A DNA stretch of 64,000 nucleotides from assembly GCA_963810275.1 (NCBI GenBank), contig CAWENF010000003.1, positions 32,001 to 96,000 of the forward strand, in the 5' to 3' direction. The stretch is from an uncultured archaeon. GTDB taxonomy: Archaea > Thermoproteota > Bathyarchaeia > Bathyarchaeales > Bathycorpusculaceae. The notes beneath the pieces were generated by a model. The model saw nothing but the letters and a program-made list of their open reading frames with translations. It did no database searches and had not been told where the DNA came from. The position numbers and the translations under genes are program-made. Position 1 is the first letter of the stretch, and every line of letters begins with the position of its first letter. Shown piece after piece: positions 31,248 to 43,050 of this stretch.

Positions 31248-31391
31248 GTTGAATCACTCAAACTCTGATAGTGTCCCCCTTGTTTAAAGAATTTTCGATA
31301 AAACAAGAAGTGTAAAAGAGCGGCGTTGACGCTAAATTAGCAAGGGCTAAATACTACAGCAAGATTTCTATTAGGGTAGAGGTGCTTTTTA

Positions 31392-31598
31392 ATGTCAGAA
31401 AACAATGCATTATCCACTGAAAACGTGGAGAAAATTAAACAAGCTGCAAATGAATTTAAAACTACAATACTCAATTACTTCAAAGACCGCAACGTAGAAG
31501 TCAAAGAATGGAAGTTCGCCGTTGAAAACACCACCGAAGCTTACACAGTTGATGTCGCAGCTAAAATCGTTATCAAAAATACCAAACCATCCCAGTAG
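31392..31598 (+). CDS. Small hypothetical protein
   Basis: 68-aa ORF preceded by GAGGTG SD-like motif. Confidence 0.6.
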   Translation: MSENNALSTENVEKIKQAANEFKTTILNYFKDRNVEVKEWKFAVENTTEAYTVDVAAKIVIKNTKPSQ

Positions 31599-31604
31599 CC
31601 CCTT

Positions 31605-31925
31605 TTGGAGCACCGGAAGGTGGAGCAACAAACACTAAAACCCAACCCATTTTTTGTGGTAGGCGCCAAAATAATCGCCAGCCGTCCAATCAACTTCCTC
31701 GCAGACCCCTTCATTCCAAGACTACTCAACAATTACCTGTCAGAAATCCTAGAGAATTGGAAAACAGAAGGGTTACTGACCAGCTACCATTTTAGAGTTG
31801 TGAGACTTTCTAGATTAACGTACAAAGTCGAAGTGCATTTGTTGGTCAGTAAAGAGGAAACTAAAAAGATGATTATAGACTATATCAACGACAAGCTGGG
31901 TCCAGCGTTGAATAACTACATCTAA
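31605..31925 (+). CDS. Hypothetical protein
   Basis: 106-aa ORF directly downstream of 31392-31598. Confidence 0.5.
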   Translation: MEHRKVEQQTLKPNPFFVVGAKIIASRPINFLADPFIPRLLNNYLSEILENWKTEGLLTSYHFRVVRLSRLTYKVEVHLLVSKEETKKMIIDYINDKLGPALNNYI

Positions 31926-31944
31926 CGTAACTCAAAAAAGGCAG

Positions 31945-32547
31945 TTACTGAAGGGGGATTTCCCAGTAGCTGATTATGTCACCCTTAACCCATCTACCGC
32001 CCAAACTACGCACCACATCGTTGATGTCTTCCCATTCGGCTTTGAGAAAAGTCACAGGCTTTACCACCACAACGTCTTCTTTGACGCTAAAACTTAGTAG
32101 TTTACGTTGGTCAGGAGTAAACTCATTTTCCATTTTGGATGCATACCGGCTCAGCGGAGGCTGAGTGGGGCGAGGAACAAGAGGTTTAACTTCAGGAACG
32201 AAAGTTGCCGCAGGTTTGGGCTCTGTTTTATTTGCTACTACATTGGAGGCTGGAGTGGGTTCAGTGAGCTTGGGTTCTGAAACAGAAGCATTTGAGGAGA
32301 GTTCCAACGTGGGAAATTCGGGGGTGTCAGCTACATCACTAAAAGTGGCGCTTCTAATTACTAATGAAACCTGCTGCGTGAACAAATCCAATTTAGCGTC
32401 CAAAAGTTCCACGTCAGAAGGCAAATTCAGGGTTGCGCCTTTGCCCTGCAATAGTGCGACAAGCTGATCAGGAGTAAGTTTTACAGTTCGGAGTTTCATG
32501 CTGCACCAGATGCCTCTAAGCAACCGATAACATAAAAGCCTTGCCAT
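31945..32547 (-). CDS. Hypothetical protein, two domains joined by a Pro-rich linker (start probably ~32499)
   Basis: ORF track; C-terminal 'W..INDVVRSLGGRWV.G....YWEIP'. Confidence 0.6.
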   Translation of the reverse strand: MARLLCYRLLRGIWCSMKLRTVKLTPDQLVALLQGKGATLNLPSDVELLDAKLDLFTQQVSLVIRSATFSDVADTPEFPTLELSSNASVSEPKLTEPTPASNVVANKTEPKPAATFVPEVKPLVPRPTQPPLSRYASKMENEFTPDQRKLLSFSVKEDVVVVKPVTFLKAEWEDINDVVRSLGGRWVKGDIISYWEIPLQ

Positions 32548-32598
32548 ACCAAGGAAACTGCGGTTTCTTGGGTAGAAAAAAAGGGAAAAAGGTGTTTG

Positions 32599-33180
32599 TT
32601 AATGTTTTCTGTTTGCCAACCAGTCGGCAAAGTTACCTGAATAAACGCCCCAAGAGTGCAGACGGGGGGTAACTGCTCGGAGTAGTGATGGGCAGGCTAA
32701 TGCGACGATGGGCAGGTTTAGGGCGTAGGTTCCAGGCAGCAGAGGCCATGCGACTTCGGCAGGGAATATACCGACGGCGACGAACTGCCAAAGTATTGCT
32801 ATGGTGCCGATTAAGAGGGAAACTGCGTAGACAGATATGAGGACTGCAACTGCTTTGCCTGTTTTTGCTTGGGCTGCAAACCGCGGGATGAGAAACCAGT
32901 TTATACAGTATATGACTACGACTGTTGTGACTTCAATCCATGCAAGATGCAGCGGTAAAGCTTCAACGTAGACTCCGCCAATGTAAGCACCTATCATGCT
33001 GCCGACCAGTCCGCTCCAACCGAACCATATGGGCACGACGCCTAGGAGGATGATGGGGAGGTAGAGGAAGGTGAAGTTGGGCAGGGCGATTATGTGTGAG
33101 AGGTAGAAGAATATGGCAAAGAGTGCGGCGACCATTGCCATTATGGAGACTTGTTTTGCTTTGCTTTGCTGTGCGTTCAT
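32599..33180 (-). CDS. ECF-type S-component / QueT-like membrane transporter
   Basis: ~6 TMs, N-terminal 'AMVAALFA' AxxxA motif, FG..G.VG..IG. Confidence 0.55.
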   Translation of the reverse strand: MNAQQSKAKQVSIMAMVAALFAIFFYLSHIIALPNFTFLYLPIILLGVVPIWFGWSGLVGSMIGAYIGGVYVEALPLHLAWIEVTTVVVIYCINWFLIPRFAAQAKTGKAVAVLISVYAVSLLIGTIAILWQFVAVGIFPAEVAWPLLPGTYALNLPIVALACPSLLRAVTPRLHSWGVYSGNFADWLANRKH

Positions 33181-33286
33181 GTGAATCTGAGGTCTTGAGG
33201 GTTATTGTGAATAAAAACCTTGTCGACTGTAAGACAATTGTAATACAAGTTGACGGCTGGTTAATTAAACACAGTCAAGAAGAAAA

Positions 33287-36200
33287 TTAAGCGCCTATTT
33301 TGCTACGTCGAAGCATAACAATAGTCACAATTGCAGCACAAACAATCACAGCCACAATACCAGCCACAATAATTAACGAATCCATGGTCCACAGTTGTTC
33401 GACGGGTTCGAACACAATCTTCACATCGTTAATGCTAAAATGCGTCATGAACCACACGTAATAGTTTTCTACATCTTGCGTGTAGACTTGGCTGTCAATA
33501 GGCAAGTTGTCGATGTAGATAACGGGTTTTGAGCCCAAGGGCACCTGACTTTTAGGTATTGTGATGTTACTTGTACCGGTTGTGCCTGCTTCGCTTGTTA
33601 TGGTAAAGGATATGATTGTCGTTTGTTCGGTTTGGTCTGTTTGTATTTTTGCATTGCTGATTTGAGTTGCTGTGATATTGCCGCCGCTGATGACAATCTG
33701 GTCTGTGGTGGCACCATCGGTTTTAGTTACGTTTAACGGTTCAGGGACCGGCGTCTGTGTCGGCGAACGGGTCAGGGAAGGTGCAGACGTTGGTTGACGC
33801 GGTTGGAGTCGATGTTGGTTTAAGGTTAATGGTTGGGTTTGCAGTCGGCGAAGGAGTAGGCGTAGGGGTTGCAGTCACCTGCACAAATATGTTGATATTT
33901 GTCTGTGCAGTGTTTCCAGCCCCATCAGTGACCAACAATTTAACAGTATATGTACCTACGTCTAGATATGTGTGGGTTGGAGCTGCGCCAGTACTCGCTT
34001 CGGCATCTCCAAACTCCCAATAATAACTTGTAATACCAGAACTGTCGTGGCTAGCGGAGCCGTCAAAGGATACAGCGGTGCCTTGTATGATGGTTTGGCT
34101 GGAACCAGCGTTCGCTATTGGAGCAGTAACATCAAGAATAATTGATGCACTATAAGTAGAGGTTAAACCTGTGTTATCTTTGAACTGAACGTAAACAGTA
34201 TTGACACCTTCCTCCCCCTCCAAAGACCAAGACTTCGTGGTTATGAAACCCTGCCAGTCAGACCAATAGGAGTTGTCGTTTGAGAAACGCATCTCTGCCA
34301 CATTTGAATTGGCGTCGGTTAGCGATAACGTGAGGGTTACTGTGCCTGAGTTTGTATATTGTGTCCCGCTATTAATTTCAATTGAACCGGTTGGTGGAGT
34401 TGTATCGAGGATAATTGTATCCCGGTAGGTTTGGGAGGTTAAGCCTGCGTTGTCCTCAAACTTGGCATACACAGTTTTAGCTCCGTCGCCACCAGAAAGA
34501 GTCCACTGCTTGGTTGATAAGAAGCTCTCCCAACTATTCCAGGAAAGGTTATCATTTGAGAAGCACATCTGCGCCGAGCCCGAGTTAGTGTCAGTTAAGG
34601 TTAATGTGAGTTCAACGTTTGGCGCTGTTGTATAGGTTTCGCCTCCGTCGATGGTTATTGAACCAGTAGGGTTAGTTGTGTCAAGGATGATTGTGTCGTT
34701 GAACAACGAGTTTAAACCTGCGTTATTTTGGATTTGATAATAAACTGTTTTTTGGCCTTCGTCACTAGCCAACGTCCAAGGTTTAGTCGGAGCAAACGTT
34801 TCCCAAGTCTCAGTGTCCCATTTGCCGTCGTTGCTAAAACGAACTTTCAAGATCCCCGAAGTTGCGTCGTTTGCCGTTAGAGTTAAAGTCACCGATTTGG
34901 AGGTTGAGTAGGTGTTGCCGCCATCGATTTTCACGCTGCCTAAGGGGTTAGTTTTATCCAGTTTAATTCCAGACAAAGTGTGGTGAGTTTCTTCGTTTCC
35001 GCTGATGTCGGTGGTCCAGAACTCTAGCGTGTTGTCGGCAGCTTCTGTGGTGATTTGAGGCTGCCCGTCAGCTGCGACTGTTTGGATTTTGCCTCCGTTT
35101 ATTATATATGAGGTTTGTTTTACACCGAAGTAATCTTGGGCGGATAGGTTAATTTTGAAGTCAGATGTGTGCCATTGCTCGTCATAATCGTCTGTGGTTA
35201 TTGGCGCTGTGCCGTCAAGGAACCATAGCATCATGTTTTTGAACATGGCTTGACAATCTCTATCGTCAATCCAGTCGTCGGAGCCAACGCCGTTCCAGAA
35301 AACCACTTTGCCAGGTAAAGAATCTGTGGCTATGATTTTGGCGTGCTCGTCAGCTAACTTGGCTATGGCTACAGCGTTTCGGGTAGTTGTCGGCTTGTAT
35401 GGCGTCATTGTCGGTTTCAAGCCCCTTAATGTGGTATCCGACGGCGAAGTCGCCGTATCCGTTGTTCATAATTGGGTGTGTGTCGTCTTCGACAACTAAG
35501 TCGCCTTGTCCGGTGGCATCGCCTTCTGAAGTTGCTCGAACAACGTAAGCTAACAGAGCATCAGAGTAATATAACGAATCTATACCTGTGACGAGCAGGT
35601 TGCCGCCACGCTCCTCCAAATACGTGTTTAAGGTGCTTTGCTCCTGTGCGGATATGTTTCGGGCGTAGTTATAGGTAATCACAACAGGGTAACTGCTCAA
35701 AATGTCTAGATCGGAGGTGTAACTGTAGTAATAATTGTAGGAACGATAGTCATAGTTGATGTTCATGGAATCCAAAACGTTTAGCGTTGTCCAAAGCTCG
35801 TCGTTGTCAGAGATAATGGCAATTTTTTGACTTACAGGTATAATGCGAGTTCGCTCGTTATTGTCGATGCTTACTTCTTGGTATTTAGGCACCGCGTAGG
35901 CAGTTATGTTGCAAAAACCAGTAGGTAAAGCCATTAAAATTGAGACTTTCCCAGATTCCCCGCTTGCTAAGGTTCCAAAGTTGGAGCTTGCAACTATAGT
36001 TCCGTCAATGTACATCACGAGGTCAACATCGAATTCACTGGTTAACCCGAAGTTGAAAACTTTTGCCGTAAAATTCAAATTTGTTTGCGGCGTCCAGATT
36101 CTAGGAGTTTCTAAAGTTACTACCAAATCATGCTGGCTCGACTGCGCAATATATGGAACGTACCCTTTGATGGGCATCCAAATCCAATATGTGGTATCGT

Positions 36201-38328
36201 CAGGTGTAGTATAGATGTCGCTGAGTGAGAAGTCAAAAACCCCATCTGTTTCCAAATCACTATCGCTAACGCCAACAACAAAAGTAGCCGAGGAATTATG
36301 CGCATCAAGATAGAGAATATTTATAGGGTTAAAGACATCCCAAGCTCTTGTATCATAATCCCATCGCAATATCTGTGTTCCTTCGTTACCCACCAAAATC
36401 ATAAAATCAGCCCCAATGGAGTCGTTTTGTCCGGGATAATAGCTTTGAGGCATGCCTGTGCTTATGTTCTGGTCCGCATCAACCATTATGGCAGTATCGA
36501 TATCTTCAAGGGCATTGTTCCAGTTGTGGTAATAGTCCACTTTAAAGAATACAACTCCAGATTGGAGTTGGCTGTAAACTGCTTTGGGAGTACAGCCGAG
36601 GTTGTAGTCAGGGCCAGAAGCGATTTGCGTCCAGCCATCATTGTCGGGGTCAGCTACAACCAAATAATTTACAGCTAATTGGTTGTTGACGAAGCTGGTT
36701 TCGCTTTCGCCTAAAGCAGGCTTAACGTAGTAAGTCACGTTGTAGGTACCTAACCCCTTTGGAGTCCACGTGACTACTCTGGAGTCAGTGCGATAAGCCG
36801 CTAAATTGGATATTATATCAGAATCCACTTTTGTGCCGTTAACGATCAGGTAAAGTTCCACGTCTGTTTCATTCATTGAGCCCTTATTGACTGCTGTCAA
36901 ATTGAAGCTTTGAGCAAAACCCAGCATGGCATAGGAAGGTTTTTCCCAAGTCTGTGCTGCAAGGTCATGCTCGACAGGTTCTTCTTCTACGCCGCGTTGT
37001 GCGTTAACTAGACCATAGCCGAAGTAATTGTCAAAGCCAGGATCGCCAATGTCTTCGCAGGTTGCCTCCAGCTGGGCTCTTACGAACTGGTGCTGTCATG
37101 CTTGGGTACTGGCTCCAAATTAGGGCGGCCACGCCGGCCACGCCGGGGCAAGCCATAGATGTACCGCTTAGGCTAGCATAATTCAAGGGGTATCCGCGTT
37201 CGGTGTTTAAGGTTACAGTGTAATTTGGCATAGTCGAGAAGATACTAACACCGGGAGCGGCAACATCCACCCAGTTGCCGTAGGTGCTAAACGACGCCTT
37301 GCTATCATTTGATTCGTTGCAGAGACTGCTACTGCGTTTTCGTAGGCTGCGGGGTAGTGATATTGATCGGTGTTGTCGTTTCCCGCTGCCGCAATGAATA
37401 ACACACCATGCGAAGTCGCGTAGTCAACTGCAGCAGCTATTGTATCGCTTTGGTCGGTTCCACCCCAGCTGTTGCTTAAAATGTTGGCGCCTGCGTCGGT
37501 TGCATTAATAATGCAGTTAGCAAGGGTAAAATATGAACCGGACCCGGTTGCATCTAATCCTTTCTCAGCCATAATTTTGACGTTAGCTGTTCCAGCGATG
37601 CCTAAGCTGTTGTTTATGGTAGCGGCGATTATTCCTGCGCAGTGGGTTCCATGTCCATTATCGTCTTGGGGATATTGGTCATTGTTGACAAAGTCGTAAC
37701 CAAAAGGAATGTAGTTGTCTTGCAGGTCAGTATGGTTGTAGTCTATGCCTGTGTCGATGACTGCCACAAGCAAATCTGCGTTGCCCGAAGTGGAGTTCCA
37801 AGCAAAATCGACATTCATGCGTTTTGGTCCCCATTGTTGACTCCAAGAGGGGTCGTTTGGAGTTGAATCGATTCTGTATCTGCCGTTTGGCTCCACATAA
37901 TTTGGGATGCCAGAGTTATGCATTCGGTCAATAAAGCCAGAAGCTACAGAAACCGGCACTTTAACGACAAACGAGACTTTCTCACCCATAGAAATAGTGT
38001 CTATAACCTGTCCGCTGTTTTGGGAGATAAAACCAGTTACCTGGTTTTTGTTGGCGGCAGTGTTGTTTACTCCCACGATGAGTTCCAGCGTATTTTGGCT
38101 ATCGACGTAGCTATTGAGGTTCTCAGCATTTAAGTGAAGAGAAGCTTTTCCGCCTTTTAGGCCGTCAGAATGGTTTACACTTGAAAGATTACTTTGTAAC
38201 CCGCCGGAGTCACGATGAATATTAATCGAAGGAACGATTGCAGATGCAACAGCCACATTACTGCATGCAAGCAAGATGAATATTGTGAGTAAACATAATA
38301 GTTTAGAAAAACTATTTTGTGCCAACAT
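33287..38328 (-). CDS. Large surface-anchored S8 (subtilisin/thermitase-like) protease with CARDB-like, three Ig-like repeats, PKD, Pro/Thr linker and C-terminal TM; split by about four frameshifts
   Basis: Signal peptide; VAVIDTG (Asp), HGTHCAG (His), AAAGN, SGTSMA (Ser, in 37031-37270); continues through ORFs 35350-36927, 33741-35420 (WEFGD PKD) and 33287-33544 (TM + basic tail). Confidence 0.85.
34134..34958 (-). repeat. Three tandem ~92-aa Ig-like repeats (276/276/273 bp) inside the protease
   Basis: DKTNPLGSVKIDGG / DTTNPTGSITIDGG / DTTPPTGSIEINSG, each with FSND...W..F...K.W.L...G..TVY. Confidence 0.85.
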
Positions 38329-38563
38329 TACCCCGGTGACCTTGGCATTAGTCTTAAAAACATATTATTTATAAGAATCGCCTTTCCGTCTTTTAGAAAC
38401 ATTAAAGGTGAGTCTGTTCCTATTACGTTCAGAAACCCTCTTTGGGAAGGGAGAGGGTAGTTTAAGCTGCTTCACAGGCGCTCCTCAACGACGCTTAATC
38501 ACATGCAGGGATTTTAAAAGTTTAGCAAATCAACGCTTATTGAGAAATAGCTTAGAGAAAAAA

Positions 38564-39085
38564 TTAGATATGTTGACTAAGTAATTTCTGCATATCCAAA
38601 GCTGAAAGGTCAAGGTTACATTTCGGGCAGGTCTTCTGGATCTCCTGCTTTGCACCCACCTTGAGTGCTGTTCCACAGTGAGGGCAGAAGTAAGTCAGGG
38701 TTTGTCCTCTCTGAACTAATTCTGATATCAATTCATCTATCGTCAGCGGCTTGGAAGTGCTTTGTTTGATTTTTTTGCGTGAAGACTCAGCTTTTTTCTT
38801 CACCGCCTCAACAACCTGCGGGTCAGTGCTTGTAGTGAAGTACTCGCATCGAGCACTCTGCACATAGGGCTCGTCAAGGTCAGTACCGTATAAGCCGCAG
38901 GTGCCAGTCTGGAAAAAGACACAAGCCATACAGCTGGTTTTACGGTATTCTGCGTCAAGCGTTTTGTAGCAGGTGGGGCAAACTTCGACTTCTTTGCCGT
39001 CTTTAACTGTGGTCAATGCAATTCCACGGTATTGTTGTTTGCAAACGGGACAGGTTGGCTTTGGCATAGTTATCCCAGAAAACAC
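38564..39085 (-). CDS. Multi-zinc-ribbon hypothetical protein
   Basis: Five CxxC pairs (CPVC, CPTC, CMAC, CPHC, CPKC). Confidence 0.7.
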   Translation of the reverse strand: MFSGITMPKPTCPVCKQQYRGIALTTVKDGKEVEVCPTCYKTLDAEYRKTSCMACVFFQTGTCGLYGTDLDEPYVQSARCEYFTTSTDPQVVEAVKKKAESSRKKIKQSTSKPLTIDELISELVQRGQTLTYFCPHCGTALKVGAKQEIQKTCPKCNLDLSALDMQKLLSQHI

Positions 39086-39195
39086 TGATTTAACAGTTAT
39101 TTAATGTTAGCCCAAAAAATCTTTCACTCACATTTAAAAAAACATTTAGTCCCCAAAGCAACTGTTAAGGATAAACTAAATATCTAAAATGGGTA

Positions 39196-40065
39196 TTGTT
39201 TGGTATGGGATTTCAGCACCGGAAAAGCAAGCCAAACGGCAAAATAGGCGACTATGGCAAGTTTATGCGTAAAAAAGCCATTAAGAAACTTAAACAGCAA
39301 ACCAGCACCCACGAGAATGAACACCGAATTTTAACTCAAAAAGAAACATCAGAGATTACGCTTAAGAGGCTTCACATTTTGGGAAGCCAAAAATTTGGCG
39401 CCTCCCCTTACAGCGAACACTTTGAAAGGTGGCTTTTAAACATCGAGGCAGTAATAACCGAGTTCACTATGCACCCTGACATAGGTGTTGACGCCAAATT
39501 TCAAGATGAAACCAAAGAAGCATTGGATACGGTGAAGCGCCAGCTTATGGACCGAAAACAAGCCGAGGAGCTGATAAACCAGGACGCGGGGGAACTGGAA
39601 AAGTTTAGGGAACAACTTAAGCAAACGGATTTAGAGTACGCCATGAAAGCAATGGCCATAAAGGTGCGTAAGCGCAGAGAAACCAATCGGCTCAACACTG
39701 AAATCGAGTATCTTAAGCGCGAGCAGGACATGATTATCCGCTTGAAAACAGGGTTCTTCCGATTCAGATCTAAGCGGAAAAGGGAGGAAAAAGAGGCTCA
39801 AATTGTGCAGGACCTCAACAGCCGCCAAACCGAGTTAGAGTTGACGATTCTGGATTTCGCGGCAGAGCATAAAGAACTCAAAGACGACTATGACCAAAAA
39901 AGAGACCCACTATCCAAGCAGATTAAAAACCTGCAGAAAACCATCGGCATCTCCGAAACCGACGCCTCTTTGGAGGAGCGGTGGTTTGCCTGCGGAGCCT
40001 TAATCGACGCCGTGAACAGCTACCTGCAACGTAAAGCCGCCGCCTCACCTAAAGAGGAAACTTAG
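39196..40065 (+). CDS. Coiled-coil hypothetical protein
   Basis: 289-aa K/E/R-rich helical ORF. Confidence 0.65.
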   Translation: MFGMGFQHRKSKPNGKIGDYGKFMRKKAIKKLKQQTSTHENEHRILTQKETSEITLKRLHILGSQKFGASPYSEHFERWLLNIEAVITEFTMHPDIGVDAKFQDETKEALDTVKRQLMDRKQAEELINQDAGELEKFREQLKQTDLEYAMKAMAIKVRKRRETNRLNTEIEYLKREQDMIIRLKTGFFRFRSKRKREEKEAQIVQDLNSRQTELELTILDFAAEHKELKDDYDQKRDPLSKQIKNLQKTIGISETDASLEERWFACGALIDAVNSYLQRKAAASPKEET

Positions 40066-40491
40066 AAGTCATCTTTGTCTATGCGGTAGATGTACCAGTC
40101 GAGGCCTTTTGCTCTGTTTTTTGGATCGAAATCCTGCGCTGGCTTATTCCACTTATCGCTTTAGTCTGCTGCTTGATGAAATCGAACATTGCTTTGCTTA
40201 CCCCTGTTTGCGGTAGTCTTCTTGCAAAGATGTCTTCCAAAAGGGTTGGCAAGCTAGAAAGGTAGAGTACGTGAAGTAGTATGTGAAGTAGCCTTCCGGT
40301 TTACCGTTGATTGTGGCAATGTATGCATGGTATCGGGGTTGAGCGGGTTGATAATCGCGGCGCAAGCTGGTTCTTGCTTCTTGGTCTGCCGGTGGGAGGT
40401 GCTCGTATTCGGGGACATCAGCGATTAAGATCAGTAAGGTACCAAAGTTTTCGGCGGTTACTTGTGTGATCTGGACAGTGTTTTGTTGCAT
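40062..40491 (-). pseudogene. GNAT acetyltransferase (diamine acetyltransferase-like), frameshifted/degraded
   Basis: YEHL, YYFTYSTFLA, EDYRKQG; downstream frame fragments WNKPAQDF and DWYIYRIDKDDF*. Confidence 0.6.
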
Positions 40492-40667
40492 ACATGCACA
40501 TGTTTAGGATGGGACAAAAGCGCTATATTTTAGCAGAAAAACAGTGTTAAAGCTAAATGCAGGGCTTGCTTGAAGATTATTGCCAACCCAACTTCGCGTT
40601 TTTTTGAAAGGATTTAAAAACACTGTAAGGGCTAGCCAGAATTAACCCCGTTTGCAGTATTTTTTGG

Positions 40668-40699
40668 GTGGTGGCGGGGGTGGGACTTGAACCCACGAA
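40668..40699 (-). repeat. att site (copy of tRNA-Leu 3' end), distal boundary
   Basis: GTGGTGGCGGGGGTGGGACTTGAACCCACGAA identical to 49029-49060. Confidence 0.95.
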
Positions 40700-40774
40700 A
40701 GGACTTTTCTTTCCTGCTGAAAGAAAATCCCTGCCAAAAGAAAGGGCTTCATTTGGGTTTAGTTTGTTTTCCAT
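40668..40774 (-). CDS. Integrase N-terminal fragment int(N)
   Basis: MENKLNPNEALSFGRDFLSAGKKSPF-VGSSPTPATT reads through att in the same frame as int(C). Confidence 0.75.
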
Positions 40775-40787
40775 ATGTTATTTCTCC

Positions 40788-40853
40788 GTATCCTTATTTG
40801 ATACAATAATTAATCACTCAATAAACAAATATAAATGTATCACAATACGATAC
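40788..40853. promoter_or_regulatory. Paired palindromic operators GTATC-N7-GATAC around a TATA-like box between divergent int(N) and a small gene
   Basis: GTATCcttatttGATAC 40788-40804; GTATCacaatacGATAC 40837-40853. Confidence 0.55.
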
Positions 40854-40867
40854 TTAAGTGACTACCG

Positions 40868-41052
40868 ATGCATAAAGCCATCCTATCAGAACGTGAAAGA
40901 ACATCTACTAACCAAGTTCCTTGACGATGAACCCAATAACCGATGAAACCTTCCGCATGCTTAAAATGAGGATTAAGCGAAATTATCCCACCATAACTCA
41001 AGATTTTCAGCTAATCAGTCAACTATTAAATAAGCTGGAATCTTCCACATAG
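40868..41052 (+). CDS. Small helical protein (possible regulator/directionality factor), one frameshift
   Basis: MHKAILSERER/LLTKFLDDEPITDETFRMLKMRIKRNYPTITQDFQLISQLLNKLESST*. Confidence 0.5.
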
Positions 41053-41359
41053 GGCTTATTTTTACCATATTTTATTTTAGAATTTACTTCTTTAATTATT
41101 GGATACCTTTTCCTGAGGTTGGGGTATACCACCCTCTATCAGTCATCATATGAACCATAGAACATAGTAATTGATCTTTTGATTAGTGGATTATTAGAAC
41201 AGTAAGCAATCTATTATTTACTCATCAATTAACTTTGGCATCATTTCTCTCATAGTAATTATTTGACTATTGAATCCTATAGGGGGGTAGCATAGTTGTG
41301 GGAAAAGGTCATTGATTTAAGTTACTGGTTTTTCATTGCCTTATTTGAGCATAATTTAA

Positions 41360-41920
41360 CTAAAATTGTCTTTCTGTTACATGATATGTCCTTTGGTCAA
41401 GTATTTGATTATTTAAGACAATTATTGCAATGAAGTCACTGTTATAAAGTTCAGAAAAATACGTGTCCAAGTTAACTGTTACAGCTAATTTGGTATCGAT
41501 TCTTTCACTTGGCTGAATTATATCAAATATTTGTGTTTTGTTAAAGGGGTCATTAGCAACCTCAGACCTTCTGACAATTAGAGTTAGACCACTAAAGTCT
41601 TTGTCTTCAAAGTTTTGAATCGCTACATCAAAATTTATGGACATTGCCACTCCACCAGGATTGTACCAGCCGTAGGTTGAGTTGAATTTCACTATTTTTA
41701 CATTATATATTTGAGTGATTGTCGGGTTTGGAGAAGGTGATGTAATGTTGAGTCTTGGTGAAGGTGTTGTTGGTATAGTGGTTGAAGTTGGTGTCGGTTC
41801 GGTTTCTGGCGATAAATCGTGCGACTGATTATTCAGTAGGTTATCGAATGAAAAAACTATGATAACGCTTGAGATTAAGACAAGTGTGAGAGTGATTATA
41901 ATTGCCTTTTTTGCAGATAT
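41360..41920 (-). CDS. Membrane-anchored surface protein (N-terminal TM, Pro/Thr stalk, Ig-like domain); apparent ATA start
   Basis: Open frame extends upstream of the listed GTG: ISAKKAIIITLTLVLISSVIIVFSF...PTPTSTTIPTTPSP...; C-terminus paralogous to 42465-43050. Confidence 0.65.
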   Translation of the reverse strand: MSAKKAIIITLTLVLISSVIIVFSFDNLLNNQSHDLSPETEPTPTSTTIPTTPSPRLNITSPSPNPTITQIYNVKIVKFNSTYGWYNPGGVAMSINFDVAIQNFEDKDFSGLTLIVRRSEVANDPFNKTQIFDIIQPSERIDTKLAVTVNLDTYFSELYNSDFIAIIVLNNQILDQRTYHVTERQF

Positions 41921-42097
41921 CCGTAAGCCCTCTTAATTTTTGATTATTTATCTCCGAATAAAAGCATTCTTGTATAGACTTCTTGACTAAGACATAGTCA
42001 ACTTTTCTTGACTTAGATGGCAGACCAGATTTCATACATAATAGAATTTGATAATTCTTTTAGTCAAAGTGCGTGTTTTTGTTTTTCTGTTTTTTGT

Positions 42098-42280
42098 TTA
42101 TCTTTTTGGTATAAGTATATCTGTATAGCAGAACCAGCTATTGCGAATAATGAGAAGTAAAAGAACTCTTTTGATGCCTCTGTTGGCTTGGGATAAAGTT
42201 ATGTAACCTCCAATTATGGCAATTGCAAACAGGGATATTGAAAGTAAAGACAAAAAACGATATTGTTTTGTTAGAGGCAT
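42098..42280 (-). CDS. Short TM-containing ORF, possibly a truncated surface-protein cassette
   Basis: 60 aa with N-terminal hydrophobic helix; own operator-like motif upstream. Confidence 0.4.
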   Translation of the reverse strand: MPLTKQYRFLSLLSISLFAIAIIGGYITLSQANRGIKRVLLLLIIRNSWFCYTDILIPKR

Positions 42281-42464
42281 ATTTCCAATATTGTTTTATC
42301 TACTTTATCTAACTTGTTAATGTTACAAATACAAAAACTATACGGGTTTCTTGACTAAGCCACGTCACCGTTTCTTGACTATATAGGGGGTACACCTTGC
42401 CGTGGGAAAAGGTAAGTATTTTTAACTTTATTACTGGTTTTTCGGTGCCTTCTGATAACTAATC

Positions 42465-43050
42465 CTAATTTATAGAATAGTATCTTTCAGCTAAAACTTG
42501 CCCATCATAAATGAGGGTAACCTGATAAGTCAAATCTCTAGCCTCAAAATAATGGTTTAAATCGACAAACAAGTCACATCTTGCTTGAGCTGATTGATTT
42601 GGCAAAACATACGGAATTGTAGCTTCACATGAATATTCGTTTTTAGCTACCTGATGTTCAGCTAAATTATGAATCAATACGGTTGCATTATTCATTTGAA
42701 CTAACCCTGTATTTGTAACTAGAACGTGAAAAGAAATGATAGTTGAAACTCCAACTACTACACTTGGATAAATTGTGTCATAAGTTATTGAAGTTATGTT
42801 TGCCCTAGCAAACGCTTGGTTTTTGACATCTTCTATATCATTTTCGATGTCTGAAATTTGTCTGGTCAGATTGGCTATTTGACTTGTTAGATTAGCAATC
42901 TTTATGTCTTTTTCATTTATTTGAGTTTCAAGTTGGGTAATTTCTGAATCTTTCTGAAGAGACGCATTATAGTAGTATAGCGTGCCACTCAGTGAAGTTA
43001 CTAGTAGCATAATAATGGCGGCAGTTACGATAATTAATCTGACCTTTTTC
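42465..43050 (-). CDS. Membrane-anchored protein: TM, coiled-coil stalk, Ig-like C-terminal domain
   Basis: MKKVRLIIVTAAIIMLLVTSL TM, heptad ITQLETQINEKD...; ATG 43050 lies about 25 nt below a TATA-like box. Confidence 0.75.

Noticed and set aside
40577-40946. ORFs 40668-40946(+) and full-length 40577-40774(-) as independent genes
   Set aside because: The plus ORF is antisense to att/int(N); the minus ORF beyond att is host sequence read through after integration
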